From Eledone cirrhosa (Eukaryota), in assembly GCA_964016885.1 (NCBI GenBank), contig OZ024741.1, positions 117,614,001 to 117,678,000 of the forward strand: a DNA stretch of 64,000 nt, given 5' to 3'. The notes under the pieces were generated by a model. That model was not told where the DNA came from. It saw only the letters and a program-made list of their open reading frames with translations, and did no database searches. Shown piece after piece: positions 62,609-64,000 of the stretch. Position numbers and translations under genes: made by a program. How positions within the stretch are numbered: position 1 is the stretch's first letter; every line of letters begins with the position of its first letter.

Positions 62609-63280
62609 GTAAGTTCTTAGAATGACAAACTTCAATACCCATGTTGTTATTGTTGTTCAGCCCTAGGTCAGCACTCATTGCCCATTCCAACCATGACCAT
62701 CTTGTCTGAATATCAGGCATGATGTATCTAGAACCATTGTATGGATGCCTGTCAGATAGATTGTGCCTGTAATTCAAAAGTCCAGCCTTATCACTTATTG
62801 TCATACTGATTTCGCTTGAGAATTACATTAAGGGTACATGTGTCTGTGGAAAGCTCAACCACTTACATGTTATCTTGAGTCAGACATTGAATTGATTGGA
62901 TGACTGAATGCTCATTATCAAAACTGACAGAGGACTCATCCTTATCATCATCATCATTATCCAATGTGTTCTTCCCTTTTTATCAAAGTCAGTTGGGTGT
63001 GACTTGAGATAAATTTTGCTGTTACTAAGGTTGAGTAACCATTTAAAGGCTCCCATGCTGGCTTGTCAATGTCTATGTCTGCTTTGTTGATGAAAGACAC
63101 ATTTAACTTACGTTGAATAGCTACATTGTCTTGGAATTGAACTTGCTATGCAATCTTCATTTCCTAGCAGCAAACTACCTTGCCTGTATTTCATGTAAAT
63201 TACTCAGTATTTGGAGAAATATTTGAACATTGGGATGATTTTTGTATAACCTGGTAATTCTTCCTTGTTATATATTACTG

Positions 63281-63435
63281 GTGTAGGCATGGCTGTGTGG
63301 TTAAGAAATTTGCTTCACAATCATTTGGTTCCATGTTTGATCCCACCATGTGATACCTTGGTCATGTGTCTTTAACAACAACTTTGGGTCAACCTCGGCT
63401 TTGTGAGTGGAATCTTAGAAACTGTAGAATTCCAT
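63281..63435 (+). mobile_element. tRNA-derived SINE, family C (CORE-like, octopus OR-type by recollection)
   Basis: ggcatggctgtgtggttaagaa..gtttgatccc..ccttggtcatgtgtct..gtgagtgga. Relatives at about 9820-9965, 42185-42330, 44745, 46050, 52750, 53460 and 56385. Confidence 0.6.
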
Positions 63436-63934
63436 CAGACTGACTTTACCTGTAATTCAAAGATGCAGCCTTATCTCATACTATATTACGTTCGTTCAGC
63501 TTGGCAATTATGTTGTATACTATCGTATCAAATCAAGCGACAAGATCCCAGACCTCATTTGCTTACTGAGTTGGGTGGAACTCATCAAGTTGGACCAAAG
63601 AAACAATGTTTCCTTTGGTCTTACCATTGTTGATACTATCTACCGGTTGCAACTCTGGAAGAAAGAGCAATGTGAAATAAAGTGTCTTGCTCAAGGGCAT
63701 AACACATCACTCAGTCCCGAAATCAAACACAAAATCTCATCATTGTGAATCCAATTCTTTAACCACTAATCCTTGGTATATATTTTGGTATACTCAGCCT
63801 CTTATACATTAATTTAATGAGTCGGACATTCAGTATATTGAATAATTGAACGCTCATTGTCAAAATCTGCAGAAGATTCATCATATTTCTGGAAATTCAA
63901 ATCAGATATGTTTGTAACTACATTATTATTTATT

Positions 63935-64000
63935 GGGTGGTGGATTGGCAGTATTGGTAGGGGATTGGACAACATGCTTTTTGGTGTGTAGTTATGTCCC
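63935..64000 (+). mobile_element. Family A SINE 5' end (cut off by the window edge)
   Basis: gggtggtggattggcagtattggtag.. matches the family A head. Confidence 0.8.

Overview
This is AT-rich, microsatellite-dense eukaryotic DNA, most likely from an octopus or other coleoid cephalopod (inferred from the tRNA-derived SINEs, RTE LINEs with (GAT)n tails and abundant (TA)n/(CA)n). The window covers the 5' half of one + strand gene, an FHOD-family formin (FHOD1/FHOD3/Fhos-like). Eight GT-AG exons between 22406 and 62608 splice in frame to give most of the N-terminal GBD/FH3 region (LDDCALQ...YLDLESTLAEQAEELEGF...[47 protein letters not shown]...MLYVDGMNGVI...RLVVKTALKLLLVFVEY...KPW...PDQDTFYD...). 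The first coding exon and the FH1/FH2 exons lie outside the window. The introns hold two 5'-truncated but stop-free RTE LINEs with a PHD-like finger inside the RT region, several other RTE and Tx1 fragments, an internally deleted DD37D (maT) transposon, mariner and piggyBac-like remnants, and many SINEs. The most notable observations are: (1) a candidate 21-nt frame-preserving microexon whose donor site is folded into a long hairpin; (2) a set of long foldback elements, several next to exons; (3) three decayed minimal hammerhead-ribozyme motifs of Penelope type. All identifications were made by eye; no searches or folding programs were run.
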